Source: a virus (lineage: Duplodnaviria; Heunggongvirae; Uroviricota; Caudoviricetes). From it: a stretch of DNA of 53,551 bases. Both the position numbers and the translations under genes were made by a program. Below are positions 27,524-40,100 of this stretch, piece by piece. The notes under the pieces were generated by a model. The model worked only from the letters and a program-made list of their open reading frames with translations. It was not told the DNA's origin and did not search any database. Position 1 is the first letter of the stretch. The number at the start of each line of letters is the position of its first letter. The stretch is taken from IMG/VR virus record IMGVR_UViG_2859805564_000008. One strand, 5' to 3'.

Positions 27524-30500
27524 TTTGGGGATTGATGCGGCAGAGTTTAAAAATGAAATCCCCCGTATCAAAAACCTTCTGAATGGTGCAGCCAGCGATG
27601 CAGAACGGTCTTCTGCCCGTATGCAGCGTTTTATGGAGCGTCAGACTCAGGCCGCCCGGCAGACAACGCAGGCGGCTTCTTCGGCTGCAACAGCCGCATC
27701 CGTCCATGCGCAGACGGTGGAGAAGAACGCACAGGCTCATGAACGCATGGCCCGCGAGGTGGAGAAAACCCGCCAGCGCATGGAGGCGCTGAGCCAGAAA
27801 ATGCGCGAGGAACAGGCGCAGGCCATGGCTCTGGCGGAGGCTCAGGATAAAGCAGCTGCTGCGTTTTATCGTCAGATTGACAGTGTGAAACAGGCCAGTG
27901 CGGGGCTGCAGGAATTACAGCGTATTCAGCAGCAGATCCGACAGGCCAGAAACAGTGGCGGGATTGGTCAGCAGGATTATCTGGCGCTGATTTCTGAGGT
28001 TACGGCGAAAACCCGTGTTCTTACGCAGGCTGAGGAAGAGTCTACCCGACAGAAAGTGGCGTTTATCCGTCAGCTTAAAGAGCAGGCAACCCGCCAGAAT
28101 CTTTCTTCTTCTGAGTTGCTTCGTGCCAGGGCTGCCCAGCTGGGGGTAAGCAGTGCTGCAGAAGTGTATATCCGCAAAATGGAGCAGGCAGGAAAAGCCA
28201 CGCATTCGCTGGGTCTGAAAAGTGCAGCAGCCCGCCAGGAGATAGGCGTTCTGATAGGTGAACTGGCCCGTGGCAATTTAGGAGCGCTGAGGGGATCCGG
28301 GATAACGCTGGCTAACCGTGCCGGATGGATAGACACACTGATGTCACCGAAAGGCATGATGCTGGGCGGGGTTATTGGCGGTATTGCCGCGGCCGTCTAT
28401 GGTCTGGGTAAAGCCTGGTATGACGGTCAGAAGGAGGGGGAAGAATTTAACCGCCAGCTGTCACTGACGGGGCATTATGCCGGAGTCACTGCCGGGCAGC
28501 TGTGGACGCTCAGTCGTGCTATTTCCGGGAATGGTATCACGCAACATGCTGCAGCCGGTGCGCTGGCTCAGGTGGTGGGGAGTGGTGCATTTCGTGGAAA
28601 CGATATCGGTATGGTGGCGAGAGCTGCCGCACAGATGGAGCGATCGGTTGGCCAGTCGGTCAGCGATACCATAAATCAGTTTAAGCGGCTGAAGGATGAT
28701 CCTGTAAATGCCGCGAAGGCTCTGGACAATGAGCTGCATTTTCTTACTGCCACTCAGCTTGAGCAGATACGCGTCCTTGGGGATCAGGGGCGGTCCAGTG
28801 ATGCTGCACGGATAGCCATGTCTGCACTGGCAGAGGAAACCGGTCGGCGTACTGCGGATATTGATAATAACCTCAATGCGCTGGGCAGTACGCTGAAGTA
28901 TCTGTCTGATTTATGGAGTCGTTTCTGGGATGCGGCCATGAATATTGGTCGTGAAGACTCGCTGGATGAACAGATTGCCGCTTTACAGGAGAAAGTGTCG
29001 CGGGCGAAAAGACTCCCCTGGACGGCATCATCTTCTCAGGTTGAATACGATCAGCAGCGTCTTAACGATCTTCAGGAGAAAAAACGCCAGAAGGATTTGC
29101 AGGATGCAAAAGAGCAGGCAGAGCGGAATTATCAGGAGCAACAGAAACGCCGTAATGCTGAAAATGCTGCACTGAACCGGATGAATGAAACGGAAGCTGC
29201 ACGACATCAGCGTGAAATTGCGCGTATTAATGCCATGCAGTACGCCGATCAGGCTGTCAGGGATGCGGCGATACAACGTGAAAATGAACGTTACGAGAAA
29301 GCCCTGGCATCCGGTAAGAAAAAAACACGCGAAACCCGTAATGATGAGGCCACCCGGTTATTGCTGCAGTACAGTCAGCAACAGGCACAGGTGGAAGGAC
29401 AGATTGCTGCTGCCAGACAGTCAGCAGGCATTGCCACGGAAAGGATGACAGAAGCGCATAAACAGCTTCTGGCTCTGCAGCAGCGCATCAGCGACCTGGA
29501 CGGGAAAAAACTGACGGCAGATGAAAAGAGTGTGCTGGCCCGTAAAGATGAACTGATTCAGGCACTGACGCTGCTGGATGTAAAACAGCAGGAGCTTCAG
29601 AAACAGACGGCACTCAACGAGCTGAAGAAAAAAACAATTCAGCTGACCAGTCAACTGGCTGAAGAAGAGCGCGCTCAGCGTCAGCAACATGACCTGGATA
29701 TCGCCACGGTGGGTATGGGTGATCAGCAGCGACAGCGATATCAGGTACAACTGAGTCTTCGCCAGAAATACCAGCAACAGCTGGAGCAGTTGAGGCGGGA
29801 TAGTGAGCAGAAAGGGACATATAACACGGATGACTACAGAAAGGCCGAGCAGGCGCTGACGGAGAGCCTGAACCGACAACTGAATGAGAATCGCCGTTAC
29901 TGGCAACAGCTTGAAGTTGTGCAGGGTAACTGGAAAAACGGAGTCCTGCGTGCATTTCAGGATTTTACCGTGGATGCAGATAATACGGCAGAAACAGCAG
30001 AACAGGTGTTCTCGTCAGCCTTCAGCAACATGGGAAATGGCCTGGCAACTTTTGTCACTACCGGCAAACTCAATTTCAAATCCTTCACCTCTTCTGTGCT
30101 GTCAGATATGGCGAAAATCCTGGCGCAGGCAACCATGATGAAATCGATAAAAGGGATTGGCAGTGTACTGGGATTTGATCTCAGCAGCCTTTCCCTGAAT
30201 GCCAATGGGGGGATTTATCAGTCTGCTGATTTGAGTCGTTACAGTGGCACGGTGGTTAACCGTCCGACGTTTTTTGCTTTTGCAAAAGGCGCGGGTGTGA
30301 TGGGGGAAGCGGGACCTGAAGCCATTCTGCCATTGCGTCGTGGTGCTGACGGTAAGCTGGGGGTTGTGGCGGATATTGGGGGTTCAGGTATGGCGATGTT
30401 TTCCCCGCAGTACAACATCGAGATCAATAACGATGGCACGAACGGGCAGATAGGTCCGGCTGCCCTGAAGGCGGTTTATGACCTCGGGAAAAAAGCGGCA

Positions 30501-30560
30501 GCGGACTTTATGCAACAGCAGGCCCGTGATGGTGGTCGGTTAAGTGGAGCATATCGGTAA
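27495..30560 (+). CDS. tail tape measure protein (H-like)
   Basis: ~1020 aa, long coiled-coil Q/A/E/R-rich region and C-terminal Gly-rich hydrophobic segment; GGAGGTG RBS before MDQIANL. Confidence 0.9.
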   Translation: MDQIANLVIDLGIDAAEFKNEIPRIKNLLNGAASDAERSSARMQRFMERQTQAARQTTQAASSAATAASVHAQTVEKNAQAHERMAREVEKTRQRMEALSQKMREEQAQAMALAEAQDKAAAAFYRQIDSVKQASAGLQELQRIQQQIRQARNSGGIGQQDYLALISEVTAKTRVLTQAEEESTRQKVAFIRQLKEQATRQNLSSSELLRARAAQLGVSSAAEVYIRKMEQAGKATHSLGLKSAAARQEIGVLIGELARGNLGALRGSGITLANRAGWIDTLMSPKGMMLGGVIGGIAAAVYGLGKAWYDGQKEGEEFNRQLSLTGHYAGVTAGQLWTLSRAISGNGITQHAAAGALAQVVGSGAFRGNDIGMVARAAAQMERSVGQSVSDTINQFKRLKDDPVNAAKALDNELHFLTATQLEQIRVLGDQGRSSDAARIAMSALAEETGRRTADIDNNLNALGSTLKYLSDLWSRFWDAAMNIGREDSLDEQIAALQEKVSRAKRLPWTASSSQVEYDQQRLNDLQEKKRQKDLQDAKEQAERNYQEQQKRRNAENAALNRMNETEAARHQREIARINAMQYADQAVRDAAIQRENERYEKALASGKKKTRETRNDEATRLLLQYSQQQAQVEGQIAAARQSAGIATERMTEAHKQLLALQQRISDLDGKKLTADEKSVLARKDELIQALTLLDVKQQELQKQTALNELKKKTIQLTSQLAEEERAQRQQHDLDIATVGMGDQQRQRYQVQLSLRQKYQQQLEQLRRDSEQKGTYNTDDYRKAEQALTESLNRQLNENRRYWQQLEVVQGNWKNGVLRAFQDFTVDADNTAETAEQVFSSAFSNMGNGLATFVTTGKLNFKSFTSSVLSDMAKILAQATMMKSIKGIGSVLGFDLSSLSLNANGGIYQSADLSRYSGTVVNRPTFFAFAKGAGVMGEAGPEAILPLRRGADGKLGVVADIGGSGMAMFSPQYNIEINNDGTNGQIGPAALKAVYDLGKKAAADFMQQQARDGGRLSGAYR

Positions 30561-30889
30561 TGGAGACGTTTCACTGGAAAGTGCGCCCGGATATGAATGT
30601 GGTATCAGAGCCGAAAGTGGTGACAGTGAAGCTGGGCGATGGTTATGAACAGCGTCGTGCGGCGGGACTGAATAACCAGTTGTCGACTTACAGCGTGACG
30701 ATACGTGTTCGTAAATGTGAACACCCATCTTTAAAAGCCTTTCTGGAACGGCACGGTGGCGTCCGTGCATTTCAGTGGACGCCACCTTATGACTGGAAAC
30801 CGATCAGGGTGGTTTGTCGTAAATGGTCGGCAAGCGTGGGGGCGCTGTGGGTAACCATAACGGCAGATTTTGAACAGGTCGTGGCATAG
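30560..30889 (+). CDS. minor tail protein M
   Basis: 109 aa, lambda M-like. Confidence 0.85.
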   Translation: METFHWKVRPDMNVVSEPKVVTVKLGDGYEQRRAAGLNNQLSTYSVTIRVRKCEHPSLKAFLERHGGVRAFQWTPPYDWKPIRVVCRKWSASVGALWVTITADFEQVVA

Positions 30890-30898
30890 GAGGCTCTG

Positions 30899-31597
30899 AT
30901 GCAGGATATTCCACAGGAAACACATCATGAGACGACACGCCTCACTCAGTCAGCCCAGGTGGTGCTCTGGGAAATCGATCTGACAGAGGTCGGTGGTGAA
31001 CGTTATTTTTTCTGTAATGAGCAGAACGAAAAAGGTGAGCCGGTTACCTGGCAGGGGCGGCAGTATCAGGCATACCCCATTCAGGGGACAGGATTTGAAC
31101 TGAACGGCAAGGGCAGTGCTGCCCGTCCGACACTGACGGTTTCTAACCTGCACGGTATGGTCACCGGGATGGCGGAAGATCTGCAGAGTCTGGTCGGCGG
31201 AACGGTGGTCCGGCGTAAGGTTTACGCCCGTTTTCTGGATGCGGTGAACTTCGTCAACGGAAACAGTGACGCCGACCCGGAGCAGGAGGTGATCAGCCGC
31301 TGGCGCATCGAGCAGTGCAGCGAACTGAGCGCGGTCAGTGCCTCTTTTGTACTGGCCACGCCGACGGAAACGGACGGCGCTGTTTTTCCGGGACGTATCA
31401 TGCTGGCCAACACCTGCACCTGGACCTATCGCGGCGATGAGTGCGGTTATCACGGTCCGGCGGTCGCGGATGAATATGACCAGCCAACGTCCGATATCAC
31501 GAAGGATAAATGCAGCAAATGCCTGAGCGGTTGTAAGTTCCGCAATAACGTCGGCAACTTTGGCGGCTTCCTTTCCATTAACAAACTTTCGCAGTAA
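30899..31597 (+). CDS. minor tail protein L
   Basis: 232 aa with C-terminal Cys cluster (CSKCLSGCKF), lambda L-like. Confidence 0.85.
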   Translation: MQDIPQETHHETTRLTQSAQVVLWEIDLTEVGGERYFFCNEQNEKGEPVTWQGRQYQAYPIQGTGFELNGKGSAARPTLTVSNLHGMVTGMAEDLQSLVGGTVVRRKVYARFLDAVNFVNGNSDADPEQEVISRWRIEQCSELSAVSASFVLATPTETDGAVFPGRIMLANTCTWTYRGDECGYHGPAVADEYDQPTSDITKDKCSKCLSGCKFRNNVGNFGGFLSINKLSQ

Positions 31598-31602
31598 ATC
31601 CC

Positions 31603-32346
31603 ATGACAGAAACAGAATCAGCGATTCTGGCGCACGCCCGGCGATGTGCGCCAGCGGAGTCGTGCGGCTTCGTGGTGAGAACGCCGGAGGGAGAAAGATA
31701 TTTTCCCTGCGTGAATATCTCCGGTGAGCCGGAGGAGTATTTCCGGATGTCGCCGGAGGACTGGCTGCGGGCAGAAATGCAGGGTGAGATTGTGGCGCTG
31801 GTCCACAGCCACCCCGGTGGTCTGCCCTGGCTGAGTGAGGCTGACCGGCGGCTGCAGGTGCAGAGTGATTTGCCGTGGTGGCTGGTCTGCCGGGGTGAGA
31901 TTCATAAATTCCGCTGTGTGCCGCATCTCACCGGGCGGCGCTTTGAGCACGGGGTGACGGACTGTTACACGCTGTTCCGGGATGCTTACCATCTGGCGGG
32001 GATTGAGATGCCGGATTTTCATCGCGGGGATGACTGGTGGCGTAACGGTCAGAATCTCTATCTGGATAATCTGGAGGCCACAGGGCTGTATCAGGTGCCG
32101 TTGTCAGCGGCGCAGCCGGGCGATGTGCTGCTGTGCTGTTTTGGTTCATCGGTGCCGAATCATGCCGCTATTTACTGCGGCGACGGCGAGCTGCTGCACC
32201 ATATTCCTGAACAACTGAGCAAACGAGAGAGGTATACCGACAAATGGCAGCGACGCACACACTCCCTCTGGCGTCACCGGGCATGGCACGCATCTGCCTT
32301 TACGGGGATTTGCAACGATTTGGCCGCCGCATCGACCTTCGTGTGA
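31603..32346 (+). CDS. tail tip assembly protein K (JAB/MPN plus NlpC/P60-like)
   Basis: 247 aa with HSHPGG motif, lambda K-like. Confidence 0.85.
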   Translation: MTETESAILAHARRCAPAESCGFVVRTPEGERYFPCVNISGEPEEYFRMSPEDWLRAEMQGEIVALVHSHPGGLPWLSEADRRLQVQSDLPWWLVCRGEIHKFRCVPHLTGRRFEHGVTDCYTLFRDAYHLAGIEMPDFHRGDDWWRNGQNLYLDNLEATGLYQVPLSAAQPGDVLLCCFGSSVPNHAAIYCGDGELLHHIPEQLSKRERYTDKWQRRTHSLWRHRAWHASAFTGICNDLAAASTFV

Positions 32347-32891
32347 AAACGGGGGCCGAAGCCATCCGGGCGCTGGCCACACAGCTCCCGGCGTTTCGTC
32401 AGAAACTGAATGACGGCTGGTATCAGGTGCGCATTGCCGGGCGTGATGCAGGTGAAACCGAATTATCTGCCCGTCTTAATGAGCCGCTGGCAAATGGTGC
32501 CGTGATCCATATCGTGCCGCGTCTGGCGGGAGCTAAAAGTGGCGGTGTGTTTCAGGTGGTGCTGGGGGCGGCGTTGATTGCGGTGGCATGGTGGAACCCT
32601 GTGGGCTGGCTGGGTGCCGCGGCTGTATCGGGCATGTATGCGGCAGGGGCCAGTATGATCCTGGGCGGTGTGGCGCAGATGCTGGCACCGAAAGCCAGGA
32701 CGTCCACGGCAGCCAGTACAGATAACGGCAAACAGAACACCTATTTTTCCTCACTGGATAACATGGTTGCTCAGGGCAATGTTTTGCCTGTTCTGTACGG
32801 TGAAATGCGTGTGGGGTCGCGGGTGGTTTCTCAGGAGATCAGCACGGCAGACGAAGGGGACGGTGGTCAGGTTGTGGTGATTGGTCGCTGA
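32244..32891 (+). CDS. tail assembly protein I
   Basis: MAATHTLPLASPGMARICLYGDLQRFGRRIDLRV, lambda I-like. Confidence 0.85.
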   Translation: MAATHTLPLASPGMARICLYGDLQRFGRRIDLRVKTGAEAIRALATQLPAFRQKLNDGWYQVRIAGRDAGETELSARLNEPLANGAVIHIVPRLAGAKSGGVFQVVLGAALIAVAWWNPVGWLGAAAVSGMYAAGASMILGGVAQMLAPKARTSTAASTDNGKQNTYFSSLDNMVAQGNVLPVLYGEMRVGSRVVSQEISTADEGDGGQVVVIGR

Positions 32892-32951
32892 TGCAAAATG
32901 TTTTATGTGAAACCGCCTCCGGGCGGTTTTGTCGTTTATGGAGCATGACGA

Positions 32952-35900
32952 ATGGGTAAAGGCAGCAGTAAGGGGCATACCCCGCGCGAAGCGAAGGACA
33001 ACCTGAAATCCACGCAGTTGCTGAGTGTGATTGATGCCATCAGTGAAGGGCCGATTGAAGGTCCGGTGGATGGATTAAAAAGCGTGCTGCTGAACAGTAC
33101 GCCGGTGCTGGACACTGAGGGGAATACCAACATCTCCGGTGTCACGGTGGTGTTCCGGGCAGGTGAGCAGGAGCAGACTCCGCCGGAGGGATTTGAATCC
33201 TCCGGCTCCGAGACGGTGCTGGGTACGGAAGTGAAATATGACACGCCGATCACCCGGACCATCACGTCTGCAAATATCGACCGTCTGCGCTTTACCTTCG
33301 GTGTGCAGGCACTGGTGGAAACCACCTCAAAGGGGGACAGGAATCCGTCGGAAGTCCGCCTGCTGGTTCAGATACAACGTAACGGTGGCTGGGTGACAGA
33401 AAAAGACATCACCATTAAGGGCAAAACCACTTCACAGTATCTGGCCTCGGTGGTGGTGGATAACCTGCCGCCGCGCCCGTTTAATATCCGGATGCGCAGG
33501 ATGACGCCGGACAGCACCACAGACCAGCTGCAGAACAAAACGCTCTGGTCGTCATACACCGAAATTATCGATGTGAAACAGTGCTACCCGAACACGGCAC
33601 TGGTCGGCGTGCAGGTGGACTCGGAGCAGTTCGGCAGCCAGCAGGTGAGCCGTAATTATCATCTGCGCGGGCGCATTCTGCAGGTGCCGTCGAACTATAA
33701 CCCGCAGACGCGGCAATACAGCGGTATCTGGGACGGAACGTTTAAGCCAGCATACAGCAACAACATGGCCTGGTGTCTGTGGGATATGCTGACCCATCCG
33801 CGCTACGGCATGGGGAAACGTCTTGGTGCGGCAGATGTGGATAAATGGGCGCTGTATGTCATCGGCCAGTACTGCGACCAGTCGGTGCCGGACGGTTTTG
33901 GCGGCACGGAGCCGCGCATCACCTGTAATGCCTGGCTGACCACGCAGCGTAAGGCGTGGGATGTGCTCAGTGATTTCTGCTCGGCGATGCGCTGTATGCC
34001 GGTATGGAACGGGCAGACGCTGACGTTCGTGCAGGACCGACCATCAGATAAGGTGTGGACCTATAACCGCAGTAATGTGGTGATGCCGGATGATGGCGCG
34101 CCGTTCCGCTACAGCTTCAGCGCCCTGAAGGACCGCCATAATGCCGTTGAGGTGAACTGGATTGACCCGAACAACGGCTGGGAGACGGCGACAGAGCTTG
34201 TTGAAGATACGCAGGCCATTGCCCGTTACGGTCGTAACGTCACGAAGATGGATGCCTTTGGCTGTACCAGCCGGGGGCAGGCGCACCGCGCCGGGCTGTG
34301 GCTGATTAAAACAGAACTGCTGGAAACGCAGACCGTGGATTTCAGCGTCGGCGCAGAAGGGCTTCGCCATGTACCGGGCGATGTCATTGAAATCTGCGAT
34401 GATGACTATGCCGGTATCAGCACCGGCGGGCGCGTGCTGGCGGTAAACAGCCAGACCCGGACGCTGACGCTCGACCGTGAAATCACGCTGCCATCCTCCG
34501 GTACCACGCTGATAAGCCTGGTTGACGGAAGTGGCAATCCGGTCAGCGTGGAGGTTCAGTCCGTCACCGACGGCGTGAAGGTGAAAGTGAGCCGTGTTCC
34601 TGACGGTGTTGCTGAATACAGCGTGTGGGGGCTGAAGCTGCCGACGCTGCGCCAGCGCCTGTTCCGCTGCGTGAGTATCCGTGAGAACGACGGCGGCACG
34701 TATGCCATCACCGCCGTGCAGCATGTACCGGAAAAAGAAGCCATCGTGGATAACGGGGCGCACTTTGACGGTGACCAGAGCGCCACGGTGAATGGTGTCA
34801 CGCCGCCAGCGGTGCAGCACCTGACTGCCGAAGTCACCGCAGACAGCGGGGAATATCAGGTGCTGGCGCGCTGGGACACGCCGAAGGTGGTGAAGGGCGT
34901 GAGCTTCCTGCTCCGTCTGACCGTAACAGCGGATGACGGCAGTGAGTGGCTGGTCAGCACGGCCCGGACGACGGAAACCACTTACCGCTTCACACAACTG
35001 GCGCTGGGAAATTACAGGCTGACAGTCCGGGCGGTAAATGCATGGGGACAGCAGGGCGATCCGGCATCGGTATTGTTCCGGATCGCCGCACCGGCAGCGC
35101 CGTCGCGGATTGAGCTGACGCCGGGCTATTTTCAGATAACCGCCACGCCGCATCTTGCGGTTTATGATCCGACGGTACAGTTTGAGTTCTGGTTCTCGGA
35201 AAAGCGGATTGCGGATATCAGGCAGGTTGAAACCACAGCCCGCTATCTTGGTACGGCGCTGTACTGGATAGCCGCCAGTATCAATATCAAACCGGGCCAT
35301 GATTATTACTTTTATATCCGCAGTGTGAACACCGTAGGCAAATCGGCATTTGTGGAGGCCGTCGGTCGGGCGAGCGATGATGCATCCGGCTATCTGGATT
35401 TTTTCAAAGGCGAGATAGGGAAAACCCATCTGGCTCAGGAGCTGTGGACGCAGATTGATAACGGTCAGCTTGCGCCTGACCTGGCTGAAATCAGGACGTC
35501 CATTACGGATGTCAGCAATGAAATCACGCAGACCGTCAATAAGAAACTGGAAGACCAGAGTGCGGCAATTCAGCAGATACAGAAGGTTCAGGTTGATACA
35601 AATAATAACCTGAACAGCATGTGGGCTGTGAAGCTGCAGCAGATGCAGGACGGACGCCTTTATATCGCGGGTATTGGTGCCGGTATTGAGAACACCCCTG
35701 ACGGCATGCAGAGTCAGGTGCTGCTGGCGGCGGACAGGATTGCGATGGTTAATCCTGCGAATGGCAACACAAAACCGATGTTTGTTGGTCAGGGCGATCA
35801 GATATTCATGAACGACGTGTTCCTGAAACGCCTGACGGCCCCCACCATTACCAGCGGTGGAAATCCACCGGCATTTTCCCTGACACCGGACGGGCGACTG

Positions 35901-36431
35901 ACGGCGAAAAATGCGGATATCAGTGGCAGTGTGAATGCGAACGCCGGGACGCTCAACAATGTCACGATAAATGAAAACTGTCGGGTTCTGGGAAAACTGT
36001 CTGCGAACCAGATTGAAGGCGATCTCGTTAAAACAGTGGGCAAAGCTTTCCCCCGGGACTCCCGTGCACCGGAGCGGTGGCCATCAGGGACCATTACCGT
36101 CAGGGTTTATGACGATCAGCCGTTTGACCGGCAGATTGTTATTCCCGCGGTGGCGTTTCGTGGCGCTAAACATGAGCGGGAGAATAACGATATTTATTCG
36201 TCATGCCGCCTGATAGTGAAGAAAAACGGTGCTGAAATTTATAACCGTACCGCGCTGGATAATACGCTGGTTTATACAGGTGTTATTGATATGCCTGCTG
36301 GTCGCGGTCACATGACGCTGGAGTTTTCGGTATCAGCGTGGCTGGTAAATGACTGGTATCCCACAGCCAGTATCAGTGATTTGCTGGTTGTGGTGATGAA
36401 GAAATCCACAGCAGGTATCACGATTAGCTGA
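32952..36431 (+). CDS. tail tip / host specificity protein J
   Basis: 1159 aa, lambda J-like architecture with fibronectin-like repeats and distinct C-terminal receptor-binding region. Confidence 0.9.
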   Translation: MGKGSSKGHTPREAKDNLKSTQLLSVIDAISEGPIEGPVDGLKSVLLNSTPVLDTEGNTNISGVTVVFRAGEQEQTPPEGFESSGSETVLGTEVKYDTPITRTITSANIDRLRFTFGVQALVETTSKGDRNPSEVRLLVQIQRNGGWVTEKDITIKGKTTSQYLASVVVDNLPPRPFNIRMRRMTPDSTTDQLQNKTLWSSYTEIIDVKQCYPNTALVGVQVDSEQFGSQQVSRNYHLRGRILQVPSNYNPQTRQYSGIWDGTFKPAYSNNMAWCLWDMLTHPRYGMGKRLGAADVDKWALYVIGQYCDQSVPDGFGGTEPRITCNAWLTTQRKAWDVLSDFCSAMRCMPVWNGQTLTFVQDRPSDKVWTYNRSNVVMPDDGAPFRYSFSALKDRHNAVEVNWIDPNNGWETATELVEDTQAIARYGRNVTKMDAFGCTSRGQAHRAGLWLIKTELLETQTVDFSVGAEGLRHVPGDVIEICDDDYAGISTGGRVLAVNSQTRTLTLDREITLPSSGTTLISLVDGSGNPVSVEVQSVTDGVKVKVSRVPDGVAEYSVWGLKLPTLRQRLFRCVSIRENDGGTYAITAVQHVPEKEAIVDNGAHFDGDQSATVNGVTPPAVQHLTAEVTADSGEYQVLARWDTPKVVKGVSFLLRLTVTADDGSEWLVSTARTTETTYRFTQLALGNYRLTVRAVNAWGQQGDPASVLFRIAAPAAPSRIELTPGYFQITATPHLAVYDPTVQFEFWFSEKRIADIRQVETTARYLGTALYWIAASINIKPGHDYYFYIRSVNTVGKSAFVEAVGRASDDASGYLDFFKGEIGKTHLAQELWTQIDNGQLAPDLAEIRTSITDVSNEITQTVNKKLEDQSAAIQQIQKVQVDTNNNLNSMWAVKLQQMQDGRLYIAGIGAGIENTPDGMQSQVLLAADRIAMVNPANGNTKPMFVGQGDQIFMNDVFLKRLTAPTITSGGNPPAFSLTPDGRLTAKNADISGSVNANAGTLNNVTINENCRVLGKLSANQIEGDLVKTVGKAFPRDSRAPERWPSGTITVRVYDDQPFDRQIVIPAVAFRGAKHERENNDIYSSCRLIVKKNGAEIYNRTALDNTLVYTGVIDMPAGRGHMTLEFSVSAWLVNDWYPTASISDLLVVVMKKSTAGITIS

Positions 36432-36451
36432 ATTTTCATAACCCATATGCG

Positions 36452-36476
36452 GGCGCCATTTCTGGCGCCTTTTTTA
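36452..36476 (+). terminator. intrinsic terminator after J
   Basis: GGCGCCA-TTTC-TGGCGCC followed by TTTTTT. Confidence 0.6.
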
Positions 36477-36499
36477 TTGCAGAAAAGCGAGAGGTAATT

Positions 36500-37099
36500 A
36501 TGCGTAAAGTTTGTGCAGCCATTTTGTCCGCAGCCATCTGTCTGGCCGTATCCGGTGCGCCTGCATGGGCGTCTGAGCATCAGTCCACGCTGAGCGCGGG
36601 GTATCTTCATGCCCGGACGAACGTTCCCGGCAGTGATGATCTGAACGGGATTAACGTGAAATACCGTTATGAGTTTACGGACACACTGGGGATGGTGACG
36701 TCGTTCAGCTATGCAGGAGACAAGAATCGCCAGATTACCCGTTACAGCGATACCCGCTGGCATGAAGATTCCGTTCGTAACCGCTGGTTCAGCGTAATGG
36801 CGGGGCCGTCTGTGCGCGTGAATGAATGGTTCAGCGCGTATGCGATGGCGGGTGTGGCTTACAGCCGTGTGTCGACTTTCTCCGGGGATTATCTCCGCGT
36901 AACTGACAACAAGGGGAAAAAGCACGATGTGCTGACCGGAAGTGATGACGGTCGCCACAGCAACACGTCTCTGGCGTGGGGAGCTGGCGTGCAGTTTAAC
37001 CCGACCGAATCCGTGGCCATTGATGTCGCTTATGAAGGCTCCGGCAGTGGTGACTGGCGCACTGACGGGTTCATCGTGGGTGTTGGTTATAAATTCTGA
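36500..37099 (+). CDS. lom: Lom-like outer membrane beta-barrel protein
   Basis: 199 aa with signal peptide and C-terminal ...GVGYKF; lambda Lom/Ail/PagC family. Confidence 0.85.
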   Translation: MRKVCAAILSAAICLAVSGAPAWASEHQSTLSAGYLHARTNVPGSDDLNGINVKYRYEFTDTLGMVTSFSYAGDKNRQITRYSDTRWHEDSVRNRWFSVMAGPSVRVNEWFSAYAMAGVAYSRVSTFSGDYLRVTDNKGKKHDVLTGSDDGRHSNTSLAWGAGVQFNPTESVAIDVAYEGSGSGDWRTDGFIVGVGYKF

Positions 37100-37125
37100 T
37101 TAGCCAGGTAACACAGTGTTATGAC

Positions 37126-37152
37126 AGCCCGCCGGTTCAGGCGGGCTTTTTT
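37126..37152 (+). terminator. intrinsic terminator after lom
   Basis: AGCCCGCC-GGTTCAG-GCGGGCT followed by TTTTTT. Confidence 0.6.
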
Positions 37153-37157
37153 GTGGG

Positions 37158-40100
37158 GTGAATATGGCAGTAAAAATTTCAGGTGTACTGAAAGACGGCA
37201 CAGGAAAACCGGTACAGAACTGCACAATCCAGCTGAAAGCAAAACGTAACAGTACCACGGTGGTGGTGAACACGCTGGCATCTGAAAATCCGGATGAAGC
37301 CGGGCGTTACAGTATGGACGTTGAGTACGGTCAGTACAGCGTTATTCTGTTGGTGGAAGGATTCCCGCCGTCACATGCCGGGACCATCACAGTGTATGAA
37401 GATTCCCGACCCGGTACGCTGAATGATTTTCTCGGTGCCATGACGGAGGATGATGCCCGTCCGGAGGCACTGCGCCGTTTTGAGCTGATGGTGGAAGAGG
37501 TGGCGCGTAACGCGTCCGTGGTGGCACAGAACACGGCAGCCGCGAAGAAGTCAGCCAGTGATGCCAGCACATCAGCCCGTGAGGCGGCAACCCATGCGAC
37601 TGATGCTGCAGGCTCAGCACGCGCAGCCAGCACGTCAGCCGGACAGGCCGCGTCGTCGGCTCAGTCAGCGACTTCCAGCGCAGGAACGGCATCAACAAAG
37701 GCCACTGAAGCATCAAAAAGTGCTGCCGCTGCAGAGTCCTCAAAAAGCGCGGCAGCTACCAGTGCCAGTGCCGCGAAAACGTCAGAAACGAATGCGGCAG
37801 CGTCACAACAATCAGCAGCCACTTCTGCATCCACCGCGACCACGAAAGCGTCAGAAGCTGCCACCTCAGCCCGGGATGCGGCGGCTTCAAAAGAGGCGGC
37901 AAAATCATCAGAAACGAACGCATCCTCGAGCGCCAGTAGCGCAGCTTCCTCGGCAACGGCGGCAGCAAATTCTGCGAAGGCGGCCAAAACGTCCGAGACG
38001 AACGCCAGGTCTTCTGAAACGGCAGCGGGACAGAGTGCCTCAGCTGCGGCAGGCTCAAAAACAGCGGCTGCATCATCTGCCAGTGCCGCGTCAACAAGTG
38101 CCGGGCAGGCCTCAGCCAGTGCCACCGCTGCCGGAAAGTCGGCAGAAAGCGCCGCATCATCCGCTTCAACAGCCACAACGAAGGCTGGCGAAGCCACTGA
38201 GCAGGCCAGCGCAGCAGCGAGGTCAGCTTCCGCAGCGAAGACATCCGAAACGAACGCGAAAGCGTCGGAAACCCGTGCAGAATCCTCAAAAACGGCTGCT
38301 GCATCGTCCGCCAGTTCGGCGGCGTCATCGGCATCATCTGCGTCTGCTTCAAAAGATGAGGCGAGCAGACAGGCATCAGCAGCGAAAGGCAGCGCCACGA
38401 CGGCATCCACGAAGGCGACAGAGGCAGCTGGCAGTGCGACGGCGGCAGCTCAGAGCAAAAGTACGGCGGAATCCGCGGCAACGCGCGCTGAGACAGCGGC
38501 AAAACGGGCAGAGGATATTGCATCCGCCGTGGCGCTTGAGGATGCGAGCACGACGAAAAAGGGGATAGTACAGCTCAGCAGTGCGACCAACAGCACTTCC
38601 GAGTCACTGGCGGCAACGCCAAAAGCCGTTAAGGCCGCGTATGACCTGGCTAACGGGAAATACACCGCACAGGATGCAACGACAGCACAGAAAGGGATAA
38701 TCCAGCTAAGCAGCGCGACCAACAGCACGTCTGAAACGCTGGCGGCAACGCCAAAGGCAGTAAAATCAGCCTATGACAATGCAGAGAAACGTCTGCAGAA
38801 AGACCAGAACGGCGCTGATATACCCGATAAGGGACGCTTCCTGAACAACATTAACGCGGTCAGTAAAACAGACTTTGCTGATAAGCGTGGTATGCGTTAT
38901 GTGCGGGTTAACGCTCCTGCAGGTGCAACATCTGGAAAATATTACCCTGTTGTTGTTATGCGTTCTGCTGGCTCAGTAAGCGAACTGGCATCAAGGGTCA
39001 TTATCACCACGGCAACGCGAACCGCAGGCGATCCGATGAATAACTGCGAGTTTAACGGATTTGTTATGCCTGGTGGCTGGACTGACAGGGGGCGTTATGC
39101 TTATGGAATGTTCTGGCAATATCAAAACAATGAACGAGCCATCCACTCAATAATGATGAGTAATAAGGGCGATGATTTGCGCTCTGTGTTCTATGTTGAT
39201 GGCGCTGCTTTCCCTGTTTTTGCGTTTATCGAAGATGGCCTGTCAATATCCGCACCTGGTGCTGATCTCGTTGTTAATGATACGACCTATAAGTTTGGGG
39301 CAACAAATCCGGCGACTGAATGTATTGCGGCGGACGTTATCCTTGATTTTAAGAGTGGGCGTGGTTTTTATGAGTCTCATTCGTTAATCGTTAACGATAA
39401 CTTGTCGTGCAAAAAACTTTTTGCCACAGACGAAATTGTAGCGCGTGGTGGTAATCAGATTCGAATGATAGGTGGGGAGTATGGTGCATTATGGCGTAAT
39501 GATGGCGCTAAAACTTACCTGCTGCTTACCAATCAAGGTGATGTTTATGGTGGCTGGAATACATTAAGACCGTTTGCTATTGATAACGCAACCGGCGAAC
39601 TGGTTATTGGAACCAAACTGTCCGCAAGTCTGAACGGTAATGCATTAACAGCAACAAAGCTGCAAACGCCAAGACTGGTTTCTGGTGTTGAGTTTGATGG
39701 TTCCAAAGATATTACTTTAACCGCCGCGCATGTGGCTGCTTTTGCCAGAAGGGCAACGGATACATATGCCGATGCGGATGGTGGCGTTCCCTGGAATGCC
39801 GAATCAGGCGCTTATAATGTCACCCGCTCTGGCGACAGCTATATTCTGGTTAACTTCTATACCGGAGTCGGAAGTTGCCGGACATTGCAGATGAAGGCGC
39901 ATTACAGAAATGGTGGTCTGTTCTACCGTTCTTCAAGAGACGGTTATGGTTTTGAAGAAGACTGGGCAGAAGTTTATACCTCGAAAAATCTTCCACCAGA
40001 AAGCTACCCAGTAGGCGCACCAATCCCGTGGCCATCAGATACCGTTCCGTCTGGCTATGCCCTGATGCAGGGGCAGGCTTTTGACAAATCTGCTTACCCG

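Noticed and set aside
34044-35429. 461-aa antisense ORF within the J gene
   Set aside because: Lies entirely opposite the J coding sequence; Arg/Cys/His-rich composition typical of antisense translation of GC-rich coding DNA
37558-38568. Long alternative-frame and antisense ORFs (37558-38568, 37661-38410, 37756-38523, 37331-37743) inside the tail fiber gene
   Set aside because: Products are extreme low-complexity Arg/Pro/Gln or Ala/Asp strings generated by the GC-rich repeat in the Stf frame; artefacts
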